Below, in pieces: positions 36,250-45,496 of a stretch of 45,597 nt of DNA. The first letter of the stretch is position 1, and every line of letters starts with the position of its first letter. The stretch spans positions 1-45,597 of the forward strand of contig JBHIAH010000015.1 in NCBI GenBank assembly GCA_046758505.1, written 5' to 3'. The notes below the pieces were generated by a model, which saw only the letters and a list, made by a program, of their open reading frames with translations, was not told where the DNA came from and made no database searches. The translations under genes were made by a program, and so were the position numbers. This DNA comes from Candidatus Methylomirabilales bacterium (GTDB lineage Bacteria > Methylomirabilota > Methylomirabilia > Methylomirabilales > CSP1-5).

Positions 36250-38310
36250 TCACTTCAGCACATTCCAGGCGCGCCGGACGAGCCTGACCTGCGACGGGTC
36301 CTTCAGCTTGAGCAGCGTGGAGACCCGCTGGTCGTAGTTTAGCTGCAAGCCGAACCCTTCGGCGTTCATTCCCGCGACCAAGACGCCCACGTCCGCCGCG
36401 ACCATCGCCCCGTTCAGCAACATTTGCCCCTGGGCGTTCGACGCCTTTCGAACCAGCGCGATGACCGCATTGCTCGAGTAGAGGAGTCCGTCAATCTGGA
36501 AGGGGGTCCCGGCCGCCCGGTGGTTGTTGTCATTGATCCAGAGCTGCTTAAGCGTTGATTCCGAGATCCAGGGTGTCCCGCCTGGTCCCGTGGCTGCGGG
36601 GCTCAGCGATACGACGGCATCTCCGCCACTGGTGATGATGGGGACGAAGCTGCTGTCATACTTGTCGCCGTGCTCCTTGCCCGGCTTGTCAAAGCGGTAG
36701 ATCGGGTCGCCATCCCGGAGCTGGTAGTACCTCGGCGTATAGGAGGGGTCGGTCTGTGCCTTCCCGTACTCGGCCTTGTTGAAGAGGGTGAGCTCAGATT
36801 GGGTGAAGGAAGAATTGCTGGGTTTCTTCGGGTTGCTGCTGGTATTCATCCCGGGATCGAGCGAGGTGGGGTCGTTGATGTCCCCCTTCTTGGTGGTGAG
36901 ATAGTCGCCGATCACGATGTTCTTGCCGGCTGCGAGGGTGAGGGCGTTCTGGGTCCCGTCCGCCGCCAGGCCGAAGGTCCGGTTCAACCCCGAGGTCCCG
37001 TCAGCGTAGGTCGTATCCCCCACCACATAAATGTTGCCCTTGGCGAGGATCGTCCCGGTCCCCTTTACCTCTCCCGCGATGATCACGTCGCCGTCCACAG
37101 CGACCGTCGCATTGATGGTGATCGGGTAGGCATCCGTCCCGACCAGGATCAGGTTGCCGGTGTACCTCTGGTTCAGGCCGCCCGACAGGTCGGCGGTGCT
37201 GGCGCTAGGGAGAGAGCCACTGGTGTAAGTGCTGCCGGCTGGGACGCCGTACAGGACGCCGGACGAAATGCCCCCCATGATTCTGCCTGTGGCTTCAGCC
37301 GCCGCGGTCGCGAACTCGCTGCTGTCCACGAGGCGGTTGCCGTTGGTGTCCTCGATCGGGGAAGGGAAACTGGTCGGCAGCTCCCCGTCCACCTGGTCGG
37401 CCGGCTCGATCGGATAGTCGACGTAGAGGTTCGCCAGCGGGGGGAGGGGGTTGCCCGTGGCCTTGGTGAGGTCCACCGGGTTCGGGTTGCCCCCCGCGTC
37501 CTCGACGATGTCGCTGTTCGCGTCGAACTGGTAGCCGTCCAGGGTTGTGGAGGCCAGGTCGCTCAGGAGCGTCCCACTTTTGTCCCGGATCGTCCCGGTG
37601 GTGTACAGCGTTCCGGCGATGATCGAGTCGGCCGAAGTCGTCCGGATCATCAGGTCCTGGAGCGCCGCCACCTTGACCCGGTTAAAAGTGCTGTACTTGC
37701 TCGGGTCGGAGTTGTAATACCGCTCCACGTTGTCGAAGCGGGCGTGGCACATGATGCAGTTGATGTTGTTGGCCAAGAGGGCGTAGTCGAAGCCTTTGAA
37801 AAGCGCCCCTTCGATCTGGATCGTCTCATTAACCGTGACCTGCCGTGTGCCTGCCGTCCCCACCGAGGTGACGGCGAGGCGGACGGTGTTGGTGTCGTCG
37901 GTCCGGATCACGTTCACCTGCTGGATTGAGGCCCCGCCGACGAGTGGCTGATTCTGGATGGCGGTCCATACCGTCCCATCATTGGGGACCCCGAGCCCCG
38001 TGAGGAAGGCGAGGTAGGTGTTCACGTTACCCACCTCGCCGGGACCCTTGGGGGTGGGGCAGCGGCTGCAATCCTGGGCGACGTACGTGGCCCAGAGCTG
38101 GTTCACCACGTTCTCCACGCCGGCGTCAGCCGCGTAGAGTGCCTGCAGGTCCTGCCCCATTCTCACGGTGTTCCGCGTGTCGGTCGTGGAGAGACTCAGC
38201 ATTCCAATCCCGAGCGCCGACAGAACGACCACCACCAGGAGCGTGGCGATGAGCACCACCCCCCGCTCGTTCCGTTGGCGGGTTCGCGGACCTTCCTGGT
38301 ACTTCTCCAA
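36250..38310 (-). CDS. PilX-like minor pilin with large C-terminal domain and CxxCH motif
   Basis: TTG start; NERG|VVLIATLL class III leader without E5, QALYAADAG PilX_N motif, NCIMCH, LNYD...W terminus. Confidence 0.82.
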   Translation of the reverse strand: MEKYQEGPRTRQRNERGVVLIATLLVVVVLSALGIGMLSLSTTDTRNTVRMGQDLQALYAADAGVENVVNQLWATYVAQDCSRCPTPKGPGEVGNVNTYLAFLTGLGVPNDGTVWTAIQNQPLVGGASIQQVNVIRTDDTNTVRLAVTSVGTAGTRQVTVNETIQIEGALFKGFDYALLANNINCIMCHARFDNVERYYNSDPSKYSTFNRVKVAALQDLMIRTTSADSIIAGTLYTTGTIRDKSGTLLSDLASTTLDGYQFDANSDIVEDAGGNPNPVDLTKATGNPLPPLANLYVDYPIEPADQVDGELPTSFPSPIEDTNGNRLVDSSEFATAAAEATGRIMGGISSGVLYGVPAGSTYTSGSLPSASTADLSGGLNQRYTGNLILVGTDAYPITINATVAVDGDVIIAGEVKGTGTILAKGNIYVVGDTTYADGTSGLNRTFGLAADGTQNALTLAAGKNIVIGDYLTTKKGDINDPTSLDPGMNTSSNPKKPSNSSFTQSELTLFNKAEYGKAQTDPSYTPRYYQLRDGDPIYRFDKPGKEHGDKYDSSFVPIITSGGDAVVSLSPAATGPGGTPWISESTLKQLWINDNNHRAAGTPFQIDGLLYSSNAVIALVRKASNAQGQMLLNGAMVAADVGVLVAGMNAEGFGLQLNYDQRVSTLLKLKDPSQVRLVRRAWNVLK

Positions 38311-38337
38311 TATCTGGCTCTCCCTTCTCGCCGGCTC

Positions 38338-38802
38338 TTATGATTCCGCGATCTGCGTAGTCAGCACTGCCGCGATCCCGCGGTCGTTCGGCCACTGGAC
38401 CTGGACGGTAATCGTGGCCAACCGGGCCGGCGTGGCCCCCGCTACCGTCACCGTCAGTCGGCCCACGCCCTGGGGGATCCCGCTGCCGGGGACCTGTTCG
38501 ATCGCCTGCTTCCAGGCGCCGAGGTTTGCATCCACCAGCGCCGCGCCGGTGTTGAACGTGGCTTGGGCCGTGGACTGCCCGTTGTAGAGGAGTATATCGG
38601 GGAAGGGGGCGGTCCCATGGATCTCCTCTAGCATCTCCTGGGCGAGGGAGAGGGCGCGGGTGGTGGCGCCGGCCTCTTCCATCCCTTTCAAGGAGGTCGG
38701 AAACATGGTCGCGAGGGCGACCAAAAATACTGCCAAAATGGTCGCGCTGATAAGCACCTCGAGCAGCGTGAGGCCCTCGCTCGACCGGATGATGTGACGC
38801 AT
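38338..38802 (-). CDS. PilV-like minor pilin
   Basis: EG|LTLLEVL prepilin site, A..LAQEMLEEI, ITVQVQW. Confidence 0.85.
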   Translation of the reverse strand: MRHIIRSSEGLTLLEVLISATILAVFLVALATMFPTSLKGMEEAGATTRALSLAQEMLEEIHGTAPFPDILLYNGQSTAQATFNTGAALVDANLGAWKQAIEQVPGSGIPQGVGRLTVTVAGATPARLATITVQVQWPNDRGIAAVLTTQIAES

Positions 38803-38824
38803 GTTCGTCCCTCCTCTCTCTTTC

Positions 38825-39535
38825 CTACAGGCCGCGGAGGTTCCGCGGTGTCACGGCCGAAGAGAGCACGTGGCTGTACTGCCGGCCCCCCAAGAGCCCG
38901 GTGCCCGTACGACCGACCGTGACCTGGACTACGATCCGGCGAATGAGCTGGCGCTGGGACACCGTCAGAGTGTAGGGCGGCGTCGCCGGGTTCGGCAGCG
39001 GGGTGCCCTGGGCATCGAAATAGAGGAATTGGAGTCTCTGAACCTGCCGGGCGACGGAGGTCCACCCGACGATCCCCCCCCCACCGATGACCATCCGCTC
39101 CAGCGTGAACGGCGGGCCAGCCCCCGTGAGGCGGAAGCCTTGGCGTTCGGTCGGGTTATTCTGAAGCACCCCGTCGCCGTTGGCGTCCAGGGTAAAGGTG
39201 AGCTGGGTGTCGCTCGCGGTCGGGATGTAGCCGGCGTCGGGATTGTCGACGAACCCGAAGGTCCCTGTCTCGGTTGGGTCGAGGCCCGCACTCAGCAGGG
39301 CGCGGGTGATCGGCGGGAGGGCGAACTGGGCGTTCGTATGCATGTCGAAAGAGATTTGGCCCCTCGCGTAAACTGCCTGATTCGAGAGGAGCAAGGAGTA
39401 AATGCCACCCAAGACGACCGCGAATGTCACCAAAGCGATCACGACCTCCAAGAGGCTCACGCCGGCCTCACCACGAAGGCGGGGACTGCTCGGCCCTCTC
39501 TCCGCCGTCTTCACAGCCTCCCGCCAGGCTCGCAC
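38825..39535 (-). CDS. PilW-like minor pilin
   Basis: AG|VSLLEVV, AGLDP, LDANGDG, LQFLYFD, IRRI.VQV, VTPRNL. Confidence 0.85.
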   Translation of the reverse strand: MRAWREAVKTAERGPSSPRLRGEAGVSLLEVVIALVTFAVVLGGIYSLLLSNQAVYARGQISFDMHTNAQFALPPITRALLSAGLDPTETGTFGFVDNPDAGYIPTASDTQLTFTLDANGDGVLQNNPTERQGFRLTGAGPPFTLERMVIGGGGIVGWTSVARQVQRLQFLYFDAQGTPLPNPATPPYTLTVSQRQLIRRIVVQVTVGRTGTGLLGGRQYSHVLSSAVTPRNLRGL

Positions 39536-39643
39536 GATAATAGTGCCTCCCTCCCTTCCCCTTTGTTGGGTCCCTCTCTACTGCGTAAAAGACCCTGTTC
39601 AGTAAAGCGCTTAATGTGGGCAAGGGGCCTGGTCGGCTTAAAA

Positions 39644-39688
39644 AGCAGGGAGTGTGCCAAGCGCTAGCGTGAACGTAAGTACTTGATT
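39644..39688 (-). promoter_or_regulatory. Sigma54 (-24/-12) promoter with IHF site
   Basis: TTGGCACACTCCCTGCT (39660-39644); IHF consensus AATCAAGTACTTA (39688-39676). Confidence 0.8.
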
Positions 39689-39885
39689 TTTAAGAGGAGA
39701 TCAGGCCATTGGATGGAACGGAGAAGGCGGGAAAAAAGAAGGAGTCCGCCAAGCTGGCAGAGAGGTAGTCTGATCGGGACATTGTGTCACGCAGGAGGTG
39801 AGCCAGGCCGTAAGCTTTGATCTTCCGATGTGGGGTCTGCTACGAGATCCCAGGTGTCGGCCGGCGGGAGGTCCCTGCGCCGCCT

Positions 39886-41091
39886 TTAGAGCTGTTGCCA
39901 GGCCAGGACCCGTGTGGGCATGAGGCTCGCGGCCCGGCACAGGGCCTGGCTGCTGTACGCCACGGTGGCGTTCCCCTTGACCTTGACCCGGGTCTCCCCG
40001 GAGTTGCCGCTGTACCCCCCCGTGTTGGCGGCCACGATGGCCCCGTAGACTTCGGCGTTTCCCTCGATTTCGAACTCCCCCTGCCCGATCAGCAGGATGA
40101 GCCCTTCCCACTTGTATGTGCCCCTGATCCTCAGGCGGCGATCGACGATGAGGATGCCGTACCCGTTGCCGTTCCCCTCGAGGTCGAGGTGGTCGTCGGC
40201 ATAGGCGATGACGGGAGCCGTCGGGCTCCCGACGTCGCTGGTGATATTGGTACTCCCAGACCAGGTGATGGTCGCCTGCTGGATCAGCGTGGCCCTCAGG
40301 GTCTGCATCTCGCCGAGCGTGGGCAACGTCTCTATTCCGATGCTCTTATCGCCGCCGGTCCCGATGATGTTGTTCTCCTGGTTCGGGGCAATTTCACCGT
40401 CCAGCTCGGTGAGGCCGGGGTTCGACTCCACGGCGATGCCCACCTTGGAGCCGTCCAGGGCCCCGCAGGCGCCGGTCAACTCGGGCGAGGGCGTGTCGTA
40501 TCCCGTCACCTGAAAGGCGTTCCCGCTGAAATCGAATTCCGCCGGGTCCCCGGTGTCGAACCCGTCGAAGGAGTCGATGGCGGCGGGGGGACTGAGCAGG
40601 GCATTGACCTCGACCAGGGCGCGCACCGTTCGCGTCGAGTCCCGGTACGCCCCCACCGCCGTGAGCCAGACACGATTGTCGGTGTCAATGGCGGGATCCG
40701 GGTCCGCGGGCATCCCCTGATAGGCGGCCGTGTTGTTGGCGACGGAGACGCTGTAGGCCCCCTCGCCCGCGCCGAAGGCGCCGAAGCCCTGGAGGGTGCT
40801 TACGGGCACAGGGTTGCCGCTCGAGCCCGTCAAGAGGGTGCTGAGACCGGTTGAGGCGGCCGTGACTGCCAGATGCCGCCGGCCGTGGGCCACTCCTGCC
40901 TCGGCGACGTCGAACGCCCGCGTCGCATGAACCTCGTTGTAGGCGATCTGAATCTCCGCGTGTGAGAGGGTCAGGAAGGTGAGTCCGAGCAGGGTGAGCA
41001 GGGGTATCAGAAGAAGCGTGAGGACGAGGACTGTCCCTCGCTCCCCTTGCCGCTTCTCAGCGACTGTTCTGTACGGCTTCTTCGGCCTCAT
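39886..41091 (-). CDS. PilX-like minor pilin with Gly-rich beta C-terminal domain
   Basis: ERG|TVLVLTLL, RAFDVAEAG, GNGYGILIV, W.GLI, VYGAIV, terminal WQQL. Confidence 0.85.
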   Translation of the reverse strand: MRPKKPYRTVAEKRQGERGTVLVLTLLLIPLLTLLGLTFLTLSHAEIQIAYNEVHATRAFDVAEAGVAHGRRHLAVTAASTGLSTLLTGSSGNPVPVSTLQGFGAFGAGEGAYSVSVANNTAAYQGMPADPDPAIDTDNRVWLTAVGAYRDSTRTVRALVEVNALLSPPAAIDSFDGFDTGDPAEFDFSGNAFQVTGYDTPSPELTGACGALDGSKVGIAVESNPGLTELDGEIAPNQENNIIGTGGDKSIGIETLPTLGEMQTLRATLIQQATITWSGSTNITSDVGSPTAPVIAYADDHLDLEGNGNGYGILIVDRRLRIRGTYKWEGLILLIGQGEFEIEGNAEVYGAIVAANTGGYSGNSGETRVKVKGNATVAYSSQALCRAASLMPTRVLAWQQL

Positions 41092-41106
41092 GAAAACCTC
41101 CTCGTG

Positions 41107-41703
41107 TCACGCATTCCGCAACCGCACGTCCATCCGGAGGGGGAAGGTCTGGATCATGCCTCCTGCTGTCTCCTGGGTCGTGATGAGCATGGTGATGCGC
41201 CGGATGTCTGTGAGAGTCGCGGTGACATTGTCGTTGCCATCATAGTATGTGAAGGAGAGTGCGGTCACGTTATCCGCCATCTCGCTACTGGCGGGAGGGT
41301 TTGGGGTCCAAGCGCCGCCCACCCAGGAGGCGGTTTCGCGGATCACCTGCGTTCCCTGGAGCCGGTACGTCACTCGATCACTGACGCCGTTGTCGTCTAT
41401 ATCTGCGATGAAGGTGAGGGTGTTCGCACTTGCGAGCTGGACGGGAACCTGCGAGGACTGGGCGGCAATGGCATCCGAAGGATCGTATCCCGCCATGCGA
41501 ATCTCGCGGGCCATCCTCTCCTTGGCCACCCGGGCGTTCTGCTGGCTTTCGATCTTGTTCACCCCGCGGGTTGAGGTGTCCTGATTGGTGATGTGCATCG
41601 TGTATATGGCAAGCAAGACGATGGCGAAGATGGCCGAAGAGATTAGCATCTCGAGCAGGGTGAATCCTCGCTGCCTTTGAATCTTCCTGGTCATCTTCGC
41701 CAT
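41107..41703 (-). CDS. PilW-like minor pilin
   Basis: QRG|FTLLEML, QQNAR...REIRMAGY, LSFTYYD, IRRI, VRLRN. Confidence 0.9.
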   Translation of the reverse strand: MAKMTRKIQRQRGFTLLEMLISSAIFAIVLLAIYTMHITNQDTSTRGVNKIESQQNARVAKERMAREIRMAGYDPSDAIAAQSSQVPVQLASANTLTFIADIDDNGVSDRVTYRLQGTQVIRETASWVGGAWTPNPPASSEMADNVTALSFTYYDGNDNVTATLTDIRRITMLITTQETAGGMIQTFPLRMDVRLRNA

Positions 41704-41727
41704 GGTGGATCCGTCATCCTCCTTCCC

Positions 41728-42087
41728 TTACCGTGCAATGAGGGAGGGTACCTGCACGCTTCGTCCCGAGGGGGTCGCCACCGTCACCGTCACCTGCTTG
41801 ACCCCGGCCGTGGGGATATCATCCTGGATCGTCGTCGTCCGGGTGTATCCCCCGTAGCCGGGGATCGCTGTTTCCGTGCTCGTGCCGGCGGCCAGGGAGA
41901 TGTAGGACTGGTTCCGGAGCCACTCGATCCGTTCCTGCGCCAGGGTCACTGCCGTCGTCTGTTCGCCCCCCTGATCCACGTTGAGATATCCCGTGGGAAA
42001 CATACTCGCCAAGGCCAGGAGGGCCACGGCGAGGATAGAGGCGGCGATCAGGACCTCGACGAGCGAGAACCCCTCTGCCCTGGTCAT
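41728..42087 (-). CDS. PilV-like minor pilin
   Basis: EG|FSLVEVL, A.TLAQERIE.LR, YTRTTTI, KQVTVTV. Confidence 0.9.
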   Translation of the reverse strand: MTRAEGFSLVEVLIAASILAVALLALASMFPTGYLNVDQGGEQTTAVTLAQERIEWLRNQSYISLAAGTSTETAIPGYGGYTRTTTIQDDIPTAGVKQVTVTVATPSGRSVQVPSLIAR

Positions 42088-42716
42088 TGAGCCCTCACGC
42101 TTCCGGCGCTCCGGACTTCGATGGTCCGCGTTGCGCCTGCGTCATCCATAAGGGTCATGGTCAGCGGGAAGGTGACGGCTGCGCAGGTATTCACCGACGC
42201 TCCGATGGAGTCAAAGATTACTCCGCCGACCATGATATTGGTACTGTCTCTGACGGACGTGATCGTGACCCCCGGAAACGGCCCGGAGAGGTCGAACCAG
42301 TCGGTGATCACGTCTGGGTTCGGGTCGGCCATGGAGGCGCTGGCTGCTGGCCAGGCGCAGCCACCGGTCGCATCCCGCTCGATCCGATACTGACTGTTGA
42401 GCAGGCCAGTAATGTTGGGATCACCGCCCCAGTGAAATCCGAAGACGCCGCTTCTCGTCACCGCCAGGGACTGGGCTTTCCGGATCTCGGAGACGAGTTG
42501 GCGAGCCGCCGCGTCGAGCCGGGATCGCTGGATGGCGCCGAGCAATACAGGCATGGCGGCACCGATCAGGATGGCGGCGATGGTCACCGCGGTCAACAGA
42601 TCGATGGCGGTGAAGCCCCTCGTTCCAATGCGCCCCCTTCCGCCACCCGCAGGCCCCCGGCCCGGTGGAGCGGTTCGGGGGGTAGACGCTTTCCTCTCGA
42701 GCAGCCCTCCCTGCAT
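42084..42716 (-). CDS. FimU/FimT/GspH-like minor pilin
   Basis: RG|FTAIDLL, AARQLVSEIRKAQSLA, IFDSIG, terminal I.V.SAGSV; start chosen at ATG 42716 behind GAGG. Confidence 0.82.
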   Translation of the reverse strand: MQGGLLERKASTPRTAPPGRGPAGGGRGRIGTRGFTAIDLLTAVTIAAILIGAAMPVLLGAIQRSRLDAAARQLVSEIRKAQSLAVTRSGVFGFHWGGDPNITGLLNSQYRIERDATGGCAWPAASASMADPNPDVITDWFDLSGPFPGVTITSVRDSTNIMVGGVIFDSIGASVNTCAAVTFPLTMTLMDDAGATRTIEVRSAGSVRAQ

Positions 42717-42764
42717 TTCCGCCTCACTCGTCGCCCATGGCATCCGTAAGTGGGTACGGGGGGT

Positions 42765-42809
42765 TGCAGGAGTTATGCCAATGGCCGTCTGGACCGTAAC
42801 TGATTGCTT
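42765..42809 (-). promoter_or_regulatory. Sigma54 (-24/-12) promoter with IHF-like site
   Basis: TTGGCATAACTCCTGCA (42781-42765); IHF-like AAGCAATCAGTTA (42809-42797, one mismatch) at the same offset as in the 39.6-kb promoter. Confidence 0.72.
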
Positions 42810-42891
42810 CTGAAGGCCTAATTTCTGATTTTGGCGGGGCCGATTGGGGCACATCGAGCGCCCCCGGATAGAGCCAAAGTCAACACCTGCT

Positions 42892-44136
42892 CTACCGGAC
42901 TTCACGCCAGGATACGGTGGGCCAGATCTTCTGGCTATACGCGGTGGCTTTTGCCAGCGCCTCCCGACTGAAGAGGATTTCGCCATTGCCGTTTCCGATC
43001 ACGTTTCCAGAAGAGGGCGCTGTGGTGAGGCTCACCACGGCGCCGATGATCGTCGTATGGATGTGGACAATATCGTCGGCGATGATCAGCCCTCGAAAGA
43101 GTCCAGAGTTGAGATTCTTGACCACGGCGTCGGTGTTTGTGTTGTGGACCACGAGGATGCCGCGGCTATCGCCAAAATCGACCGGCTGCCACACCACGCT
43201 CGACGGGAGCTCGACATACGTGACGCCGGACAGTGGAAAGGTGAGCGTGGCGGGATCCGTGGCATATTGGCTCCCATTCGTCCCGGAGAGAGCGACGCCC
43301 TTCAGGGTGCCATTCGGGAACCCCAACACCGCATCCGGCGTCGTCGGCATTGTCTCGACTTGGGCGGTGGCAAGATTGTCCCAGGCGGCATTATTCGGCG
43401 CCATGTTGGTCTCAATGACCAAGGGATTTCCTGGCTTGGTTACGTAATAGTCCACGGGAAACATGGGATCCGTCGCTGTATCGGTCCCCCCGACTCTGGA
43501 ATTCCCCTTCTGCTGATAGGTGCTCGCCGAGAAAACGCCTTTGGTCCCGTTGTTCATGATGAGGATGCCGTTCCAGTCATGGTCGCGCCCGTCGATTTGG
43601 ATGGTGCCGTTCGTGGCGGTCGGCCCGTTCGTCGTGAGAGCGGCCTTGGCGGCAGGTGCGGCGGAGAAGAGCCGTTTCACGGTCGGTTCCGTCGCCTTCG
43701 TGGCATGGCCGAAGGTGGCCATGGAGGTGATGACGGCGAGCTCCGGGTCGGCGGCGTGTCGGGCGATGGTGACCGTCCCGGACGCGCCGGGTTGCAAGCT
43801 CGCCAGCAGGGCTGTGCTGTTCCAGGTGATCGGCTGGTTGTTGGTGAAGATCTGCGTCTGGTCACTGACGCCGTCGCCGTCGAGATCCATGTTCAGGGAG
43901 AGGGCGCGCCTGGCATAGGCCTGCCCCGCCTCGGCGAGCTGGAAGGCCTGGACCCGATTCTCCGAAAGGCGGCTCTGGCTGGACTCGGCGACGGCCAGGG
44001 AGAGGAGCGCCGTCCCGAGGGCGGAGAGGAGGATCATCACGAGAAGGGTGACAGCCAGGACCACACCCTGTTCATCCTGCGGGTGCCGGAGAGACCTCGG
44101 CGATTCCTGGGGTTCCCTGCGCGTATCTCTTCCCAT
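42892..44136 (-). CDS. PilX-like minor pilin with extended C-terminal domain
   Basis: EQG|VVLAVTLL, QAFQLAEAG, DLDGDGVSD, IDGRDH, GILVV, F.GLII, terminal SWREV. Confidence 0.85.
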   Translation of the reverse strand: MGRDTRREPQESPRSLRHPQDEQGVVLAVTLLVMILLSALGTALLSLAVAESSQSRLSENRVQAFQLAEAGQAYARRALSLNMDLDGDGVSDQTQIFTNNQPITWNSTALLASLQPGASGTVTIARHAADPELAVITSMATFGHATKATEPTVKRLFSAAPAAKAALTTNGPTATNGTIQIDGRDHDWNGILIMNNGTKGVFSASTYQQKGNSRVGGTDTATDPMFPVDYYVTKPGNPLVIETNMAPNNAAWDNLATAQVETMPTTPDAVLGFPNGTLKGVALSGTNGSQYATDPATLTFPLSGVTYVELPSSVVWQPVDFGDSRGILVVHNTNTDAVVKNLNSGLFRGLIIADDIVHIHTTIIGAVVSLTTAPSSGNVIGNGNGEILFSREALAKATAYSQKIWPTVSWREVR

Positions 44137-44153
44137 GGTATCTCCCCTCATGA

Positions 44154-44930
44154 TCAATTCCGGATCCACGCATCCGACGTGACGGTAAAACCCTGACCGA
44201 ACGGGGCAAGTTCGCTGGCGGAGGCCGTCATGTCCACCTCGACCCTGCGAATGGTCGTCACATCGCCGCCGGGCATGAGAACCGGGTTGTTGCTTCCGTC
44301 GAAGTAACTGAAACTCAATGATGAGACATCCGTGAGGACCGGTTGAAGGCCCAGCCCGTCCCCCGAGTCGCGATACAGGATCCCCCCGCTGTAGGCATAG
44401 GTAATCTGGCGCGGCTGACGTTCGACCGTGGCGCCGACACCGAAATCTGCCGTGAGGGGGGGCGTGATCGTCAGCGAAGCCCCGACTCCTGTGACCGTTG
44501 CGGCGTGAACCGTTGCCCCATTAGCCACGTAGATCGCATCGTTGATCTGAAAGCCCGAAGTAGAAGCCACAGTGAGGCTCGTCGAGCCCGCGGTGGCAGT
44601 GGTCGTCAGGGTCGTCAGGAGGGGGTTGTCATTCGTCAACAGGGTGACCGAGTCGCCCGCCGCGGCGGTAATCGCCGAGAGGGGGACGGGGGCGACGACC
44701 GCGGTCATGCCGTATCCGGCCATCCGCAGCTCGCGCAGGGTCTGCTCGAGCACGCGCCTGGCATTATCCTGGGCCCTCGCTTTCGCCTGGGTCCGAACCA
44801 TCCCCGTATAAAAGTTTCTATAGGCGTCATAGACCCCCGCGAGGAGAAACATGGAGATCGCCGTGAAGACAAGCAGCTCCAGGGTCGTGGTCCCCCTCTC
44901 CTTCTGCCTGCCTATGCCTGCGCGGCCCAT
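44154..44930 (-). CDS. PilW-like minor pilin
   Basis: ERG|TTTLELL, QDNAR...RELRMAGY, LSFSYFD, IRRV, IRN; RBS GAGGAGG. Confidence 0.87.
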   Translation of the reverse strand: MGRAGIGRQKERGTTTLELLVFTAISMFLLAGVYDAYRNFYTGMVRTQAKARAQDNARRVLEQTLRELRMAGYGMTAVVAPVPLSAITAAAGDSVTLLTNDNPLLTTLTTTATAGSTSLTVASTSGFQINDAIYVANGATVHAATVTGVGASLTITPPLTADFGVGATVERQPRQITYAYSGGILYRDSGDGLGLQPVLTDVSSLSFSYFDGSNNPVLMPGGDVTTIRRVEVDMTASASELAPFGQGFTVTSDAWIRN

Positions 44931-44959
44931 CTTCTGCCTCCTCTGGTGTTCGCGTTCCG

Positions 44960-45439
44960 TCACGGCTCGGGGAGATACGTCACCGACTGCACACTTTTCG
45001 GGCCGGTCTGATCGGTCCATGACACGACGACCGACACCGTGGCCAGGCGACTCGGGGTCGATCCGGTGACCGTGGGGACTACCCAGTTCCTGGTGAACCC
45101 GGGGGCGGGACTGTCACTCGCGGGTGCCGCCGGGCTCACCGGGGCCGGGGGGAACGCGGGCACGTTCCGGAGCTCCTCCAGCTTTTGCTGGGCGAAGAAG
45201 GTGGCGCGGCTCCGGTTCGCCCCGATTTGGATATCCCTGGTGCCGGAGACGAACATCCCCGCCACCGCCATGAGGACAATGGCTAACACGGCGGCGGCCA
45301 CCAGCACCTCGCCCGCGGTGAACCCCAGGGCATTGTACAACCGACCGGGGGTCCCGCTCCGGCGGCGGAACCCATGGTGTGGGACGAGGGTACGCCCTCC
45401 ATCAACCGCTATCCCGAACGTCTTGATGCGTTCTTTCAT
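44960..45439 (-). CDS. PilV-like minor pilin
   Basis: LG|FTAGEVL, AQQKLEELRN, FTRNW, V.V.VSW; start uncertain (long leader). Confidence 0.8.
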   Translation of the reverse strand: MKERIKTFGIAVDGGRTLVPHHGFRRRSGTPGRLYNALGFTAGEVLVAAAVLAIVLMAVAGMFVSGTRDIQIGANRSRATFFAQQKLEELRNVPAFPPAPVSPAAPASDSPAPGFTRNWVVPTVTGSTPSRLATVSVVVSWTDQTGPKSVQSVTYLPEP

Positions 45440-45496
45440 GCCCAGACCTCGCTGAAGCCGAAATCCCGGATGCCGACGCGCCGCCGATTGCGCCCC

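Noticed and set aside
42717..42986. Upstream extension of the FimU-like ORF
   Set aside because: Overlaps the pilX 3' end and the sigma54 promoter; internal ATG with RBS preferred
36670..44196. Long plus-strand ORFs (36670-37929, 39817-40854, 42844-44196)
   Set aside because: Antisense shadows of the PilX-like genes
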